Part shown: in pieces, positions 13,900 to 27,529 of the stretch
Numbering within the stretch: position 1 is the stretch's first letter
Layout: every line of letters begins with the position of its first letter
NCBI GenBank assembly: GCA_951406725.2
Contig: OX597835.1
Location: 36,146,001-36,210,000, forward strand
Direction: 5' to 3'
DNA: 64,000 nucleotides
Source of the DNA: Octopus vulgaris
Taxonomy: Eukaryota
Translations under genes and position numbers: made by a program
Notes under the pieces: model-generated
Seen by the model: the letters and a program-made list of their open reading frames with translations, nothing else
What the model was told of the DNA's origin: nothing
The model's database searches: none

Positions 13900-14330
13900 A
13901 TGCCTAAGAGTCACCATTCGACCTTGGATTGAATATTGCTGTCGCCTTTGGACAAGTGCCTCATCAAAGTCTCCTAACTTGCTCGATCGATTTCAAAATC
14001 GATTTAACAAGGAAGGTCCTCTTCATCCTACTAAGTTGGTGTCTTTGTCTCATTAATGAGATTAATCTTTTCTGTGACATTTCAATAAGTATTTCCATGA
14101 TCATTGAGACCTCATGACAGTAAAGATCTTTAAACATATCCCCAGCTTCTCTTCATCACCGTATCATTTTCTGTTCAGCTTCCTGTTGATCCCAAGTCTT
14201 TTTTTATTCTAAAAGCTTCTTTCCTCGTGGCGCCACACTCTAGAATTCACTACAATTGTATTTTCGCTCTGCCCTTCAGACTTTCTGTCGATCGACATTT
14301 TCCCTACATTGACATTACTATTCCGTTTGA
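13900..14330 (+). pseudogene. Highly decayed LINE (L2/CR1/Jockey-group) ORF2 remnant
   Basis: LNIAVAFGQVPHQSLL resembles the RT motif LDxxKAFDxVPHxxLL; FYSKSFFPRGATL*NSL resembles the C-terminal SFFPRxxxxWNxL. Confidence 0.45.
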
Positions 14331-15729
14331 GACAAAATCGTATAAAACGAAACAATAATTACTTATATGGCCTTAAGGATTATCATGAAGTTTGCTTTTC
14401 GACCACGTTGATCGAATTTCGATCCCAGTGCGTGATGTCTTCAGCAAGTGCTTTCTTTTGTAACATAAGGTACACTAACACTTTTTAGTAGAATTTGTGA
14501 GGCAAAATCTGTGCATGTATGTGTGTGTGTGTGCGTGTGTGCGTGTGTGTGTGTGTGTGTTAGCGTGTGCGTATGCGAGAGAGAAAGAGAGAGAGAGAGA
14601 GCATGTTTACTGTAATTATCAATATCAATGGGACATCATAACGAAGATTAAACTGCCCTTAGATATCCCTTTCTCTTGAATCCTAAATGCCAAGGACACG
14701 TCTGATCCGCTATTCTATCGAATAAGTTTGAAATGTTTTTTCCTGCTCTAATTCATTGTTTTTTACGTGTTTTACTTGTATATCTTGAAGCAGGCCGAGT
14801 ATTCCTCAGTAGAAAGTCCACTTATCGCTAATTGCCGAAATAAACTTTGCTGTCATGAGGTCTCAAATTTTCTTTTTGCCGTAGTAAATGAAAACCAGAA
14901 AAAATATCAGCGAGAGAGAGAGACGAAAATTCGTGCGAACAGTAATAGCCAGCGAAAGTGCCGGATGCATTTTGGCCTTTGGGGGCCTAACCAGTGACGC
15001 ATGCTCGCAGCAAACCACATGATCAGGAGAGAATCCGTGGTCTCTCATATAGGTAAAAAGTGAACAAAACAACTCGCTTTGGGCAGAAGTTTGATTCAAT
15101 AATTTTCAGATCGACTTATTCTTTTTGAGTGAAATTGGGTCGACAGAAAGGGTAATTATAAAGGACCCAGGCTAGTCACACGTAGTAACCCTTCTAGATC
15201 GATCTTTCTGCGTTCCCTGCACATTACCAGCATTGAAAAGAATGGTGACATTCAACAAAGTCAGCAATGATATACATAAACGACACAGTGATTATAGGTA
15301 TGTTCAGGCGGGGATTACCTTCAGGTATACACCTGTGAGAACAAAGGCGATATCTGTCATTTATTTATTGTCTATTGTATTTTTACCTGAGGTCTATGTT
15401 AAAAGTGTATATCCGTTAAACGAAAGCACACTCACTTATATACATACAAATGTGTATGTGTGTGTGCGTGTGTGTGTGTCTGTGCGTGTGCGTGTGCGTC
15501 CATGTGTTTGTGCGTGTGTGCGTATGTGTATGTGTGCGTGTGTGTATATATGTGTGTTCGTATGTGTGCGTGTGTGTGTATGCGTGTGTATGCGTGTGTG
15601 TGAGTGTGTGTGTACGTGCATGTGTGTGTGTGCCTGTGTGTGTGCGTGTGTGCGTATGGGTCTGTGTGCGTGTGTGTGCGCACGCGCGTGAGTGTGTGTG
15701 TGTATACATGTTCATTTATTTATTCATCT

Positions 15730-15895
15730 ATTTTTTACTTCTTTTAATTATTTCACTGCTACCATGCTGGAGCACCGCCTTGGGGGATTTTAGTCGAACA
15801 AATCGACTCCTGGACATGTTTTAAAGCCTAGTAATTATCCTATCTGTTTCTTTTGCCGAAACGCTAAGTTACGGGGGACATAAACATACCAACAC
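15730..15895 (-). mobile_element. SINE-B 3' half
   Basis: CCATGCTGGAGCACCGCC...TTTTGCCGAA.CGCTAAGTTACGGGG. Confidence 0.75.
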
Positions 15896-15897
15896 TG

Positions 15898-16181
15898 CGC
15901 CTACACAGCCAACAAAACTCCTGGTAACACCAAAGATGAACTGAAGGCAAGGATTTTGGCAGCATTCACCAACTTAAACAAGGAGACCGCCCAGAAGAGT
16001 TGCGGGAGATTCCGAAGCCGTCTGGTAGCTGTAGTTAAAGCCAATGGCGATTTTATTGAATATATTTACTCTTTAATATTTCAAGATATTTTTATATATT
16101 TTGGTAAAAAAATGTTAAAATAAGGTGTCAGTGTTATTTTCAATTTGCGTAATTTAGGCGACAATTCATTCACCACAACCC

Positions 16182-16183
<2 letters not shown>
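15898..16183 (+). pseudogene. Tc1/mariner-superfamily transposase C-terminus and right end
   Basis: NKTPGNTKDELKARILAAFTNLNKETAQKSCGRFRSRLVAVVKANGDFIE; same family as 55325-55670; ends at TA. Confidence 0.75.
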
Positions 16184-16278
<95 letters not shown>

Positions 16279-16490
16279 ATAGTAGGGGACATAATTCCAG
16301 ACTTACAGGAAAAAATTCAGTTTAGCAATCCTAAATCAAACTTAACAATATATATGTATATAATTAAGAGAAATTACCACTATTTAGTAATTCAAAAGTG
16401 AAAGACATAATCCATACCATATAGAAAAAATTTAAATATACTATAATAAATATTATTCAAAATATCACTAAATTAAATAAACATTAAAGT

Positions 16491-16612
16491 GACTACGTGC
16501 GTTTCGTTACTATATGTTTAAATCGATAATAATAAAATAGTAATGTCGATACTATTAAAATAAATTCAATGTAAAATTAATTCGATTTAAAAATATAGCT
16601 ACTCTTCAGGTC
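16491..16612 (-). ncRNA. Type I hammerhead ribozyme motif with ~95-nt stem II
   Basis: GAC-CTGAAGA-G.AGCTATATTTTTAAATCGA...TCGATTTAAACATATAGTAAC-GAAACGCACGTA-GTC. Confidence 0.65.
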
Positions 16613-16804
16613 TAAAATAATAATAAAATAGTCATGAATTTATTTTTCATTAATATTATTATATCTTATTCTATTATTTAGTGTTAAGATACGCATATTT
16701 CTCTATATATTTGTTAATTTATTATATGCTTAGATACATACATTTATTTTATTACAATTTTAGACCTCAAGAGTGGCTATATTTTCAATTCGAATTAATT
16801 TTAA

Positions 16805-17228
16805 TACTCTCTTTACTCTTTTACTCTTTTACTTTTTTCAGTCATTTGACTGCAGCCATGCTGGAGCACCGCCTTTAATCGAGCAACTCGACCCCGGGAC
16901 TTATTCTTTTGTAAGCCCAGTACTTATTCTATCAGTCTCTTTTGCCGAACCGCTAAGTAACGGGGACATAAACACACCAGCATCGGTTGTCAAGCAATGC
17001 TAGGCTAGAGGAAAAAACACAGACACACAAACATACACACACACATATATATATATACATATATACGACGGGCTTCTTTCAGTTTCCATCTACCAAATCC
17101 ACTCACAAGGCTTTGGTCGGCCCGAGGCTATAGTAGAAGACACTTGCCCAAGGGGCCACGAAGTGGGACTGAATCCGGAAGCATGTGGTTGGTAAACAAG
17201 GTACTTATCACACAGCCACTCCTGCGCC
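16805..17228 (-). mobile_element. Full-length SINE-B (tRNA head, CORE-like box, internal TA/TG microsatellite, (AGTAAAAG)n tail)
   Basis: Reverse complement of GGCGCAGGAGTGGCTGTG..GGTTCAGTCCC..CCTTGGGCAAGTG. Confidence 0.9.
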
Positions 17229-17440
17229 TATCGATTTTATTATTTTATCATTATATATTTAAAGATATAGTCACGAAACGCGTGTAGTCAATTTCATGTT
17301 AATTTAATTTAGTAATTATTTTGTGATATTTTGAATTTAGTTATACTTTGAATAATATTTATTATAGTATATTTATATTTTTTCTATATGGTATGGATCA
17401 TGTCTTTTACTATTGAATTACTTAATAGAAGTTATTTCAC

Positions 17441-17529
<89 letters not shown>

Positions 17530-17683
17530 TGTATTTATAATCAGTTGGAGTTACGGTGTATTTCAAGCATTAGCATTGGCCAAATCTTGGTCAGAACTAA
17601 CATACGAAAATCTCGGCCCAACAGTCACTCTATTGCCTCGGTTAAATATTGATAAAAAGAACTATATGTATGCAGGCAGATAT

Positions 17684-17763
<80 letters not shown>

Positions 17764-18078
17764 TATATTACATTATATAATATTATATTATATTATATTA
17801 TATATCATATATACATATAGAGATATGTATCACCATACATGCATATATACACACATACATATATGCATATCTATTAGTGGTGAAGTGCTGTTTACATGAT
17901 GGAATCGATGAAATTTTAATCGGATTAATGACGATCGTTAGCTGGATGAATAAAATATATATTGGATGGGTTATGATAGTGGAGTACCCTGGTGAACTGA
18001 ATGCGAGACACGCAGCAATAGAGATCGCGAGGAACGCATATGTACGTACGTACGTATGTATGTATGTATGTATATATG

Positions 18079-18129
<51 letters not shown>

Positions 18130-18208
18130 TATCCATTAAGGCATTTATGTATATATATACATGTACATATAATGTGAATGTGTTCATTTACATCCATATG
18201 CTTCTATA

Positions 18209-18352
18209 GGCGCAAGTGTAGTTGTGTGGTAGGATGACGGCTTCCCAACCACATAGTTTCGTGTTCAGTCCCACTGGGTGGCACTTCTACTATAGCCTAG
18301 AGCCGACTAATGTCTCGCGAGTGGGTTTAGTAAAGGGAAATTGAAAGTATCG
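18209..18352 (+). mobile_element. SINE-B 5' half, degraded
   Basis: GGCGCAAGTGTAGTTGTGTGGTA...GTTCAGTCCCACTG. Confidence 0.7.
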
Positions 18353-18696
18353 CATATATATATATATATATATAAAGGGTGAAATATAATTTAATAAAAT
18401 CAATAAATTTCACCTAGTAGTATTCCAGAAACAATCGTCTATAATTAATCCAAGTAGACTGTGTGATTTCGTTGTCTTCCTTCTTTTTGCCATTTACGGA
18501 TTACAAATACTGTTGTTTGTGGAGACTTATTTTTGTAGTAATAGTAATGGTAGCCTATTTGACTGCTATTTCTAATATTTTCAGTATGTAGTTTAAGCAA
18601 CTTGTTACAAGTAACCCTTTATTATAATTATATATACATATATATATACATACACATATGTACATACCTACATCTATATGTATATATACATGCATA

Positions 18697-18978
18697 TATG
18701 GGTACAGGACATAAAAAAAACGTGGAACACAATGAGAAACGAAAACATAAACACAAAAACATAGAAACGATCTTTTTTTAAGCAACGAAAAAAAACAGAG
18801 TACAAGACATACAACACAATTAATTTGACCCTGTTTCATCTACTACGTGTTTCGAAGGTAAGGACAGGACGCGACTTGGTTGAAACAATCCTTCCCGCAA
18901 AGCAAATTAAATAAAACTTGAGATTTTTTGCGGAGGGTAAAAGTGGTAACAAGAACAGGACAGTAAGAACAAGAGGAT
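18697..18978 (-). mobile_element. Repeat family F copy
   Basis: Homology to 12838-13200 and 21870-22219. Confidence 0.6.
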
Positions 18979-19123
18979 TAACTTCTTTCAGTTTCCTCTA
19001 CCGAATCAACTCACGGGGCTGTGACTGAACCCGGAACCATGTGGTTGATAAGGAAGCTACTTACCACACAGCTAATCCTGCGCCTTACGGCCGTTCTTCC
19101 ACCTTATATATGTATATATGCAT

Positions 19124-19163
<40 letters not shown>

Positions 19164-19527
19164 CTTCTCACTCTTCGGTATGTATTGTTATGCTTAAATG
19201 TTTGCTTCTCATCCAACCTTCATACAAACATACACAAACGCGTACCTTTGATGGTTGATTACATGCTTGTGTGAGTATATGCATGTATATAAACATATAT
19301 ATATATACATACATACATATACATATATCTATATACATACATATATATATATATGTCTTTGTCTTCATGTATGCGTATGTATTACGTTCTTGGATGAGTG
19401 GCACTGTTGGTTGTACGAAAAGTATATGTGAGTTTTGGAAGGAAGCAGGGGTTAGAGTCGGTCGGTGAGTGGGGGATGTCGGAGCTGGGTTATAGGACGG
19501 AATAGTGGGCTCCCTCGGGATGTGTGT

Positions 19528-19584
<57 letters not shown>

Positions 19585-19600
19585 TATATACATATATATA

Positions 19601-19636
<36 letters not shown>

Positions 19637-20100
19637 TGTATGTACATGAATATATATGTATATGTATATATATTAAGCTGTTCTGCAATTAACAGATGGG
19701 ATTTGTGTAAATCCGCTTATATTGTATGTTGGTCATTGGCGGTAAGTATAAACCATATTAATAATCGGCCCTTAAATACAAATGAGAGGAGACGGCGATG
19801 ACGGGGTGGGGCACGTCCTGCCTGCTGATAGTTTTGTTGATGCTACTGGTGGCGGCGGCGGTATTGCTGATGGTGGTGACAGTATCGGCGGTGGCGGTGG
19901 CGGCGGTAGTGACAGCGGTGATGGTGGTTTGGAAGCAATGGCCGTAACGGCGGGTTGGTTGGGGCGGTGGTGGTGGTGATGGCAGCAGCACAATAAGCGA
20001 TAGGGTTGTAGGGTCGGACAATGAGATTTTTAAAGCGCATAGCGTCCGTTGCTATAGCGATTGCCTCTGGTTACGTTACGAGGAACGGTACGATAACTAG

Positions 20101-20842
20101 CTGGTTGGTTGGTTGGCTGGTTGGTTGGTTGGTTGGCTGGCTGGCTGGCTGGCTGGTTGGTTGGTTGGTTGGTTGGTTGGCTGGTTGGTTGGTTGGTTGG
20201 TTGGTTGGTTGGCTGGTTGGTTGGTTGGCTGGCTGGTTGGTTGGTTGGTTGGCTGGTTGGTTGGTTGGTTGGTTGGTTGGTTGGTTGGCTGGCTGGCTGG
20301 CTGGCTGCTTGGCTGCTTGGCTGGTTGGTTGGTTGGTTGGTTGGTTGGTTGGTTGGTTGGTTTGGTTGGTTGGTTGGTTGGTTGTTGGTTGCTTGGTTGC
20401 TTGGTTGCTTGGTTGCTTGGCTGGCTTGCTGGCTGGTTGGCTGGTTGGCTGGTTGGTTGGTTGGTTGGTTGGTTGGTTGGTTGGTTGGTTGGTTGGTTGG
20501 TTGGTTGGTTGGTTGGTTGTTGGTTGGTTGGTTGGCTGGTTGGTTGGTTGGTTGGCTGGCTGGCTGGCTGGTTGGTTGGTTGGTTGGTTGGTTGGTTGGT
20601 TGGTTGGTTGGTTGGTTGGTTGGTTGGCTGTTTGTTGGTTGGTTGGTTGGTTGGTTGGTTGGTTGGTTGGTTGGTTGGCTGACTGGCTGGCTGGTTGGCT
20701 GGTTGGTTGGTTGGTTGGTTGGTTGGTTGGTTGGTTGGCTGGCTGGTTGGTTGGTTGGTTGGTTGGTTGGTTGGTTGGCTGGCTGGTTGGTTGGTTGGTT
20801 GGTTGGTTGGTTGGTTGGTTGGTTGGTTGGCTGGATGGCTGG
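20101..20842. repeat. ~740-bp (GGTT/GGCT)n tetranucleotide array
   Basis: Direct reading. Confidence 0.97.
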
Positions 20843-20949
20843 GATTAACTGGAAGGCGATTGGCTGGAAGTCCGACTGCCTGGCTAGCGGGCTGGGTAGT
20901 AGGTTGGCTGGGTTTACTTATCTCTGGCAGGTTGGGTCGTCATCTTTCA

Positions 20950-21389
20950 ACTTTCACTTGTTGCAGCCATGAGACTGCGGCCATGCTGGAGCACCGCCTT
21001 GACGGGTTTTATTCGAATGAATGGAGCCCAGTTCTTCTCTCTTAATTCTGATACTTATTCTCCCGCTTCTTTTGCCAAACCGCTAAGTTACGGGGATGCA
21101 AGCACACCAACACCGGTTGTCAAAAGGTGGTGGTAGTGGCAGTGGTAGTGGTGGTGGTGGTGGTGGTGGTGGTGGTAGGGGGACAAAGACAGACACAAAA
21201 ACACACACATAGATATATACATATATATACGACGGGCTTCTTTCAGTTTCCGTCTACCTAGTCCATTCACTAGGCTTTTGTTGGTCCGAAGCTAGTGTAG
21301 AAGACACTTGCCAAGATGCCACGCAGTGGGACTGAACCTGGAACCATATAGTTAGGAAGAAAACTTCTTACCACTGTGTTACGCCTGCG
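20950..21389 (-). mobile_element. SINE-B with internal (GGT)n expansion
   Basis: Homology to 16805-17228. Confidence 0.85.
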
Positions 21390-21401
21390 CATATGTAATA
21401 C

Positions 21402-21759
21402 GTTGCTGTTGCTGTTGAGTGAACGGTCTTCGTACCAGAGCTAGCAAGATGGGAGAAGTCCAAACCGTGGTCCTTTGATATTCGTAAGACCCGCAGAAGA
21501 GAAAGCAGGTCAACCCCCAACACCGAGAGCATCACGGGATGGATGAGTGCGAATCCAGGCTCAGCGGTTGCGTAGGAAGCCGGGGACAAGAGACAGGAAG
21601 AAAGAGTGAGAGAATGTTGGAGGGAAAAAGTACAACAGGTGTCACCACCACCCCCTGCCTCGTGCAGCTTTAGGTGTTTTCGCTCAATAAACACTCACAA
21701 CGCCCGGTCTGGGAATCGAAACCGCGATCCTCCGACCAAACCACTGGGTCATTGCGCCT
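21402..21759 (-). mobile_element. SINE-C variant with a different 3' tail
   Basis: Head and body match SINE-C through CTCTCACTCTTTCTTC. The tail then differs, ending GAAGACCGTTCACT(CAACAG)n. Confidence 0.8.
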
Positions 21760-21869
21760 GCACTGCTGCTGCTGTTGTTGTTTGTGGTGTTGTTACTGCT
21801 GCTGGTGGTGCTGTTGAGGGTCTTGTTGGTGTCTCGTCGATTTTGAGGTTCAGGCACAGTGTATTTAAG

Positions 21870-22219
21870 ACAGTATTAACGTGAACACGTGAACAACATG
21901 ACAAACGAAAACAGGAAAAACAAAAACATGGAAAACGAACTATTTTTCTAACAACGACAGAAACGAATAGAGAAACGAGACAGGCAACATAAAGAACAAT
22001 CTCTTCATCAGTTGTCAACTGTTTTATCTACTCCGCATTTCGAATGTTAAGGCAAGATGCGTCCTCGTCAAAACAGTCGTTCCCGTAAAAGCAAATTAAA
22101 TCAAATTTTGGATTTGCGGAGCGTTAAAGTTGGTAACAACAAAAATCAGGGCAGTTCAAACGAACGGTAAGGGCTCTTAAGCCATAACGAGGTGAAATGG
22201 TGGACGCTGGAGAAACAGG
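21870..22219 (-). mobile_element. Repeat family F copy with hammerhead-like core
   Basis: Minus strand reads CTGTT-TTGACGA-GGACG...CATTC-GAAATGCGGAGTA..AAAACAG (~22018-22076). Confidence 0.5.
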
Positions 22220-22532
22220 AACACTCTGTCGGTTACAACGACGAGATCCCAGCTAATACGATCAACGGAACAGCTTGCTCGTGAAATTGACGTGCAAGTG
22301 GCTGAGCACTCCACAGACACGTGTACCCTTAACGTAGTTCTAGAGAGATTGAGCGTGACACACAATGTGACAAGGCTTGGCCTTTGAAATACACGTACCA
22401 CTCATTTTTGCCAAATGAGTGGACTGGAGCAACATGAAATAAAGTGTCTTGCTCAAGGACACAATGCGTTGCCGGGAACTGAACTCACAACCTTACAATC
22501 GTGAGCACAAACCACGAAGCTACGCGCCTTCA
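22220..22532 (-). mobile_element. Full-length tRNA-derived SINE-D
   Basis: Reverse complement of GAAGGCGCGT.GCTT.GTGGTT...GAGTTC.GTTCCC..TGTGTCCTTGAGCAAGACACTT (CORE-like); copies at 28681 and 47915. Confidence 0.85.
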
Positions 22533-22560
22533 CTATATATGTGTGTGTGTGCGTGTGTGT

Positions 22561-22866
22561 GGAGGAGCAATGGCCCAGTGGTTAGGACAGCGGACTCGCG
22601 GTTGTAGGATTGTGGTTTCGATTCCCAGACCGGGCGTTGTGAATGTTTATTGAGCGTAAACGCCTAAAGCTCCACGAGGCTCCGGCAGGGAGTGGTGGCG
22701 AACCCTGCTGTACTCTTTCGCCACAACTTTCTCTCACTCTTTCTTCTGTTGGCCTGCTCGCTTAGCCAGCGGGGTGGCGTCACTTGAAGGCTAAAACAAT
22801 GCGAAGCGCATTGTGACCAGCGATGTGTTGCAACATCTCATAGCCTGGTCGGTCACGGTGATCACG

Positions 22867-22870
<4 letters not shown>
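22561..22870 (+). mobile_element. Full-length SINE-C
   Basis: As at 13284; ends in (TA)n. Confidence 0.9.
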
Positions 22871-22921
<51 letters not shown>

Positions 22922-22930
22922 ATATACATA

Positions 22931-22984
<54 letters not shown>

Positions 22985-23103
22985 TATATACATATATATA
23001 TACATATATATATACATATATATATATACATATATATATATACATATATATATATACATACATATATATACATATATATATATATACATATATATATATG
23101 TAC

Positions 23104-23158
<55 letters not shown>

Positions 23159-23456
23159 CAAACATGCATACAAACATGTTTATATGAGTGTATTTGCGTA
23201 TCACCGTTCCGTCTGTAGATTTTCTCGTATGCGAATGATTGTGAGCGTATGCGTGTGTGTGGTAGTAGGGGTGGGGTGGGGTGGGGGTGGCAGTTGCGCC
23301 CCTGTACATGTTTGTATATTTGCCGGATATTTATTTTCATTGCTTCTATTTGTTTCGTTAATTACACGGCTAGTGTTTTGTCACTTGCATTAATTATGCA
23401 CAATGAGCTTGAGGGATACAATTTCGATTTAACACAAAAGAGAAAAAAAAAGAGAA

Positions 23457-23502
<46 letters not shown>

Positions 23503-23805
23503 AGGCTCTGTCCTCCACCCCCTCTCGCTATATCCTGCTTTACTTTTAAACTCTATTCTATGCAAAGAGGTGCGATTCTGGAAGGCTTTTAAAAAGGAGG
23601 AAGGTTCATAGACGTTGGCCTCGCTTCTTGTTTAAACGGTTAAAAAAATATTGTCTCATATTTTTTCATATAAGATGTTGCTGTTTGAGGGAATTTGGCC
23701 TATAATTATAAGAGATCTATCTGAACATTAAAAAGACCTACATCTTAATTCTCTTTTTTTCTGACATGGTTATTTTTAAAAGTTTTTATAGACCGATTTT
23801 GTACG

Positions 23806-23934
23806 TTCTTCTTCTTCTTCTTCTTCTTCTTCTTCTTCTCCTTCTTCTTCTTCTTCTTCTTCTTCTTCTTCTTCTTCTTCTTCTTCTTCTTCTTCTTCTT
23901 CTTCTTCTTCTTCTTCTTCTTCTTCTTCTTCTTC

Positions 23935-24015
<81 letters not shown>

Positions 24016-24017
24016 TA
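23806..24017. repeat. Compound (CTT)n(ATT)n microsatellite
   Basis: Direct reading. Confidence 0.97.
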
Positions 24018-24270
24018 TCATCATTGAGTATGTTTATCAAGATAAACAGCACATGACCTTGCAGGTGGGGCCCAGTTGAAATTTTGTTCAGATTTAGTAG
24101 CCCATCCCGCTCAAAAGGTCCCAGAATATATATATATGAAAGCCACGAAAGCGCCGTCCTTTTTCTTCCTGTCCCTCTATTTGTTGTTTTCTCTGTTCGC
24201 CGTTGTATCCTCTATCTGTCCGGATGTTTTATTGTCCTCTGTTGCGTTTTTGTTCCATCATATATATATA

Positions 24271-24660
24271 TGTGGTAAGTAGATTGCTAACCAGCCACAT
24301 GGTTCCGGGTTTAGTCCCACTTCGTGGCATCTTGGGCAAGTGTCTTCTGCTATAGCCCCGGGCCGACCAATGCCTTGTGAGTGGATTTGGTAGACGAAAA
24401 CTGAAAGAAGCCTGTCGTATATATGTATATATATATATATGTGCGTGTGTTTGTGTGCCTGTGTTTGTCCCCCTAGCATTGCTTGACAACCGATGCTGGT
24501 GTGTTTACGTCCCCGTCACTTAGCGTTTCGGCAAAAAGAGACCGATAGAATAAGTACTGGGATTACAAAGAATAAGTCCCGGGGTCGATTTGCTCGACTA
24601 AAGGCGGTGCTCCAGCATGGCCGCAGTCAAATGACTGAAACAAGTAAAAGAGTAAAAGAG
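24271..24660 (+). mobile_element. SINE-B, nearly full length
   Basis: Homology to 56380-56805. Confidence 0.9.
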
Positions 24661-24855
24661 TATATATATATATATATATGCACACGCATATAGACACATA
24701 CATATATACATATATATATGTATATATGTATATACATATATTTATATCTATATGTGCATGTATATATGTATATATGTATATATATTTATATGCATATATA
24801 AATATATACACACATATACATACATATATACATATATATATTTATACATACACAA

Positions 24856-24930
<75 letters not shown>

Positions 24931-24999
24931 TAGACACATACATGCATGATTACACATATATATGTAAGAAAATACGAAATTGCGATAGTTTCATCAATT

Positions 25000-25100
25000 T
25001 CAATGTGATGATCAGCGAAACGCGAAACCGGTTGACTATCATAATTTTCTATCCTTCAAAGCATATTAAAAATATAGTGTGCATTTTTCTTCTTTTTTAT
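25000..25100 (+). mobile_element. Penelope-like terminal fragment with degenerate hammerhead
   Basis: gTGATGA-TCA-GCG(AAA)CGC-GAAACCGGTT with palindromic stem III ACCGGT, followed by AAAGCATATTA and a TA tract. Confidence 0.4.
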
Positions 25101-25146
25101 TATATATTATATATTATATATTTTCTTCACTACAGCTCCCCACATT

Positions 25147-25229
<83 letters not shown>

Positions 25230-25474
25230 CACACTCCTTTACATGTGATCTTGCCTATGTCATGTCTGACGAAACTACGAAGCAGTTTGCGTAACGATTT
25301 CAACGTGTTATCTTGAAGACGCTTAATCGCTCGGTGTTTATTACTGGTGTTGCAAGAATTAAGCTTAATTTCATATCAGACAGTTTGGGAATCTTTACAT
25401 ATGAGGTGGCGAGATTTTCAATCTTATCCTTATTCTTTTTTTCCCATTAAATCATCATTCAGCTTATTTATGAT

Positions 25475-25803
25475 TTCTTCTTCTTCTTCTTCTTCTTCTT
25501 CTTCTTCTTCTTCTTCTTCTTCTTCTTCTTCTTCTTCTTCTTCTTCTTCTTCTTCTTCCTTCTTCTTCTTTTTCTTCTTCCACTTCTTCCACTTCTTCTT
25601 CTTCCACTTCTTCTTCTTCCTCTTTCCTCTTCTTCTTTACACCTCTTTCTTGTTTGTTGTCTTTTCTTTCATAGTCTTTCTTTCTCTCTTTCCTCATTTA
25701 ATCATCATTACCATCGTCATCAGCAGGAACATCTGCATCGACGTCATCATCATCATCTTTACCACCACCAAAATCAATAATCGTCATATTCTTCTTCTTT
25801 TTC

Positions 25804-25835
<32 letters not shown>

Positions 25836-25990
25836 CTTCTTCTTCTTCTTCTTCTTCTTCTTCTTCTTCTTCTGTTATATATTTATTGCTGTCACAATCC
25901 GCACTCTTTCCTCCCCACCCACCCTTCTACCTCTTCTTTTTCTTAACTTTCTGCCTTTTGTCGGTCTTCCATAATCATTTGCACCAGCAC

Positions 25991-26031
<41 letters not shown>

Positions 26032-27024
26032 CTGTCGTCGCCGTCGTCAATGTCATTATCATTATCATCACCATCATCACCACCAACACCACCGCCGCCT
26101 CCACCCCCTGCCGTTATCGCCACTGCTACACTCTCTCCTCCTCCTCCTCTTTCTAATCATCATCATCATCATCATCATCATCAGAATCAATATCGTCATC
26201 ATCATCGTTGTCATCGTCATCATTTCCATCGTCACCAACCCTCTCTTTTTTTTTTATCATTTCGAGTCTTCATTTTCATTTACTTTATATTTTGCCACCA
26301 CTTCCACAACTATCACCCCTAATGCTGCTGTTGCTGCTACTGCTAGTACCACTACTATCTGTCTGTCTGTGTGTCTGTCTGTCTGTCTATCTGTCTGTCT
26401 GCCTGTGTATCTTTCTGCCTACGTCTCTGACTATCTGTGTGTCTGTCTTATTTTTCTTGATTGATCTCTGATTGTCCGGTCTTTCTTGCGAGAGATAAGC
26501 GCATTAGCGATTTGAACGTGGAGGCAGGTGGCGGCGAGGGTAATAAGGGAGAGAGGGAGAGAGAGAGAGAAAATGAAAAGGAGGGATAGTGAAGGAGGGA
26601 AAGAAATTGATTGAAAGATCGACGGAGACGATGAAGAGGGGGGGATGAAAGAAAGTAATGTAGAAAGTGATAGGGAAATAGAGAAGCATGGACAGAGAAT
26701 GAAAGAGAATGAATGAGGAAACGGAGAAAGAGAGTCAGCAAAGGTGTGTGAGAGAAAGAGACACAAAGAGAGAGAGAGAGAGAGAGAGAGGGAGGGAGAG
26801 GGAGCGAGAAAGAGGAAGAGTGAGAGAGGTGGAGGGAGGAAGGCAGTCGAAGTGACATACAACTGAAGGATCATGTGTATGCGTGTAGGGGGGTGAGGGG
26901 TAGTGTCATACGAAGGGATCCCGAAGGGGGTTTGCTGTTGTCAGTTGAAAAGGCAGGCAAGGCGCAGAATCAAGGGAGACGAAAGACAACTACAAACGAC
27001 GTTCGTTTCTGATGATGATGATGG

Positions 27025-27076
<52 letters not shown>

Positions 27077-27082
27077 GATGAC

Positions 27083-27172
<90 letters not shown>

Positions 27173-27520
27173 ACGATGACGATGATGATCATAGTGGTGT
27201 TGATGATGATACGACGGTGATCATGGCGTTTATGAGGATGACGACGACGACAACTGTGATGATAACCATGATGATGATGGCGGTGATGATGATTAGTAAG
27301 ACATGTGATCAAAAGATATTCCAGCTGTGCCCACTTAATCCCTTTTCAGGACGCAGTATATCTAGGACTACATTTCCTAATGTGCGCTTTTTAAAATACA
27401 AGAGAAGCAAAACAAAATTGGGAAGGTTTGTGATCAGTACTATCATCACCATCATCATCATCATCATCATCATCCTCATCATCACCATTATCATCGTCGT
27501 CATCATCATCATCATCATAA
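25475..27520. repeat. Low-complexity trinucleotide region: (CTT)n, (GTT)n, (CAT)n, (GA)n, (GAT/GAC)n
   Basis: Direct reading. Confidence 0.92.
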
Positions 27521-27529
27521 CAATCCTCC

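Larger units (their letters stand above)
16361..17445. mobile_element. Fold-back element: inverted arms 16361-16625 and 16755-17445, each with a hammerhead (Penelope-like inverted pLTR)
   Basis: ATCCATACCATATAGAAAAAAT.TAAATATACTATAATAAATATTATTCAAA and its reverse complement. The right arm is split by a SINE-B; both outer ends abut TA-rich tracts. Confidence 0.75.

Noticed and set aside
20101-20842. Interstitial telomere
   Set aside because: The unit is GGTT/GGCT, not TTAGGG.
25269-25300. CTGACGA-AACTAC(GAA)GCAGTT..GTAACG
   Set aside because: GAAA and stem III are missing; at most a dead remnant.
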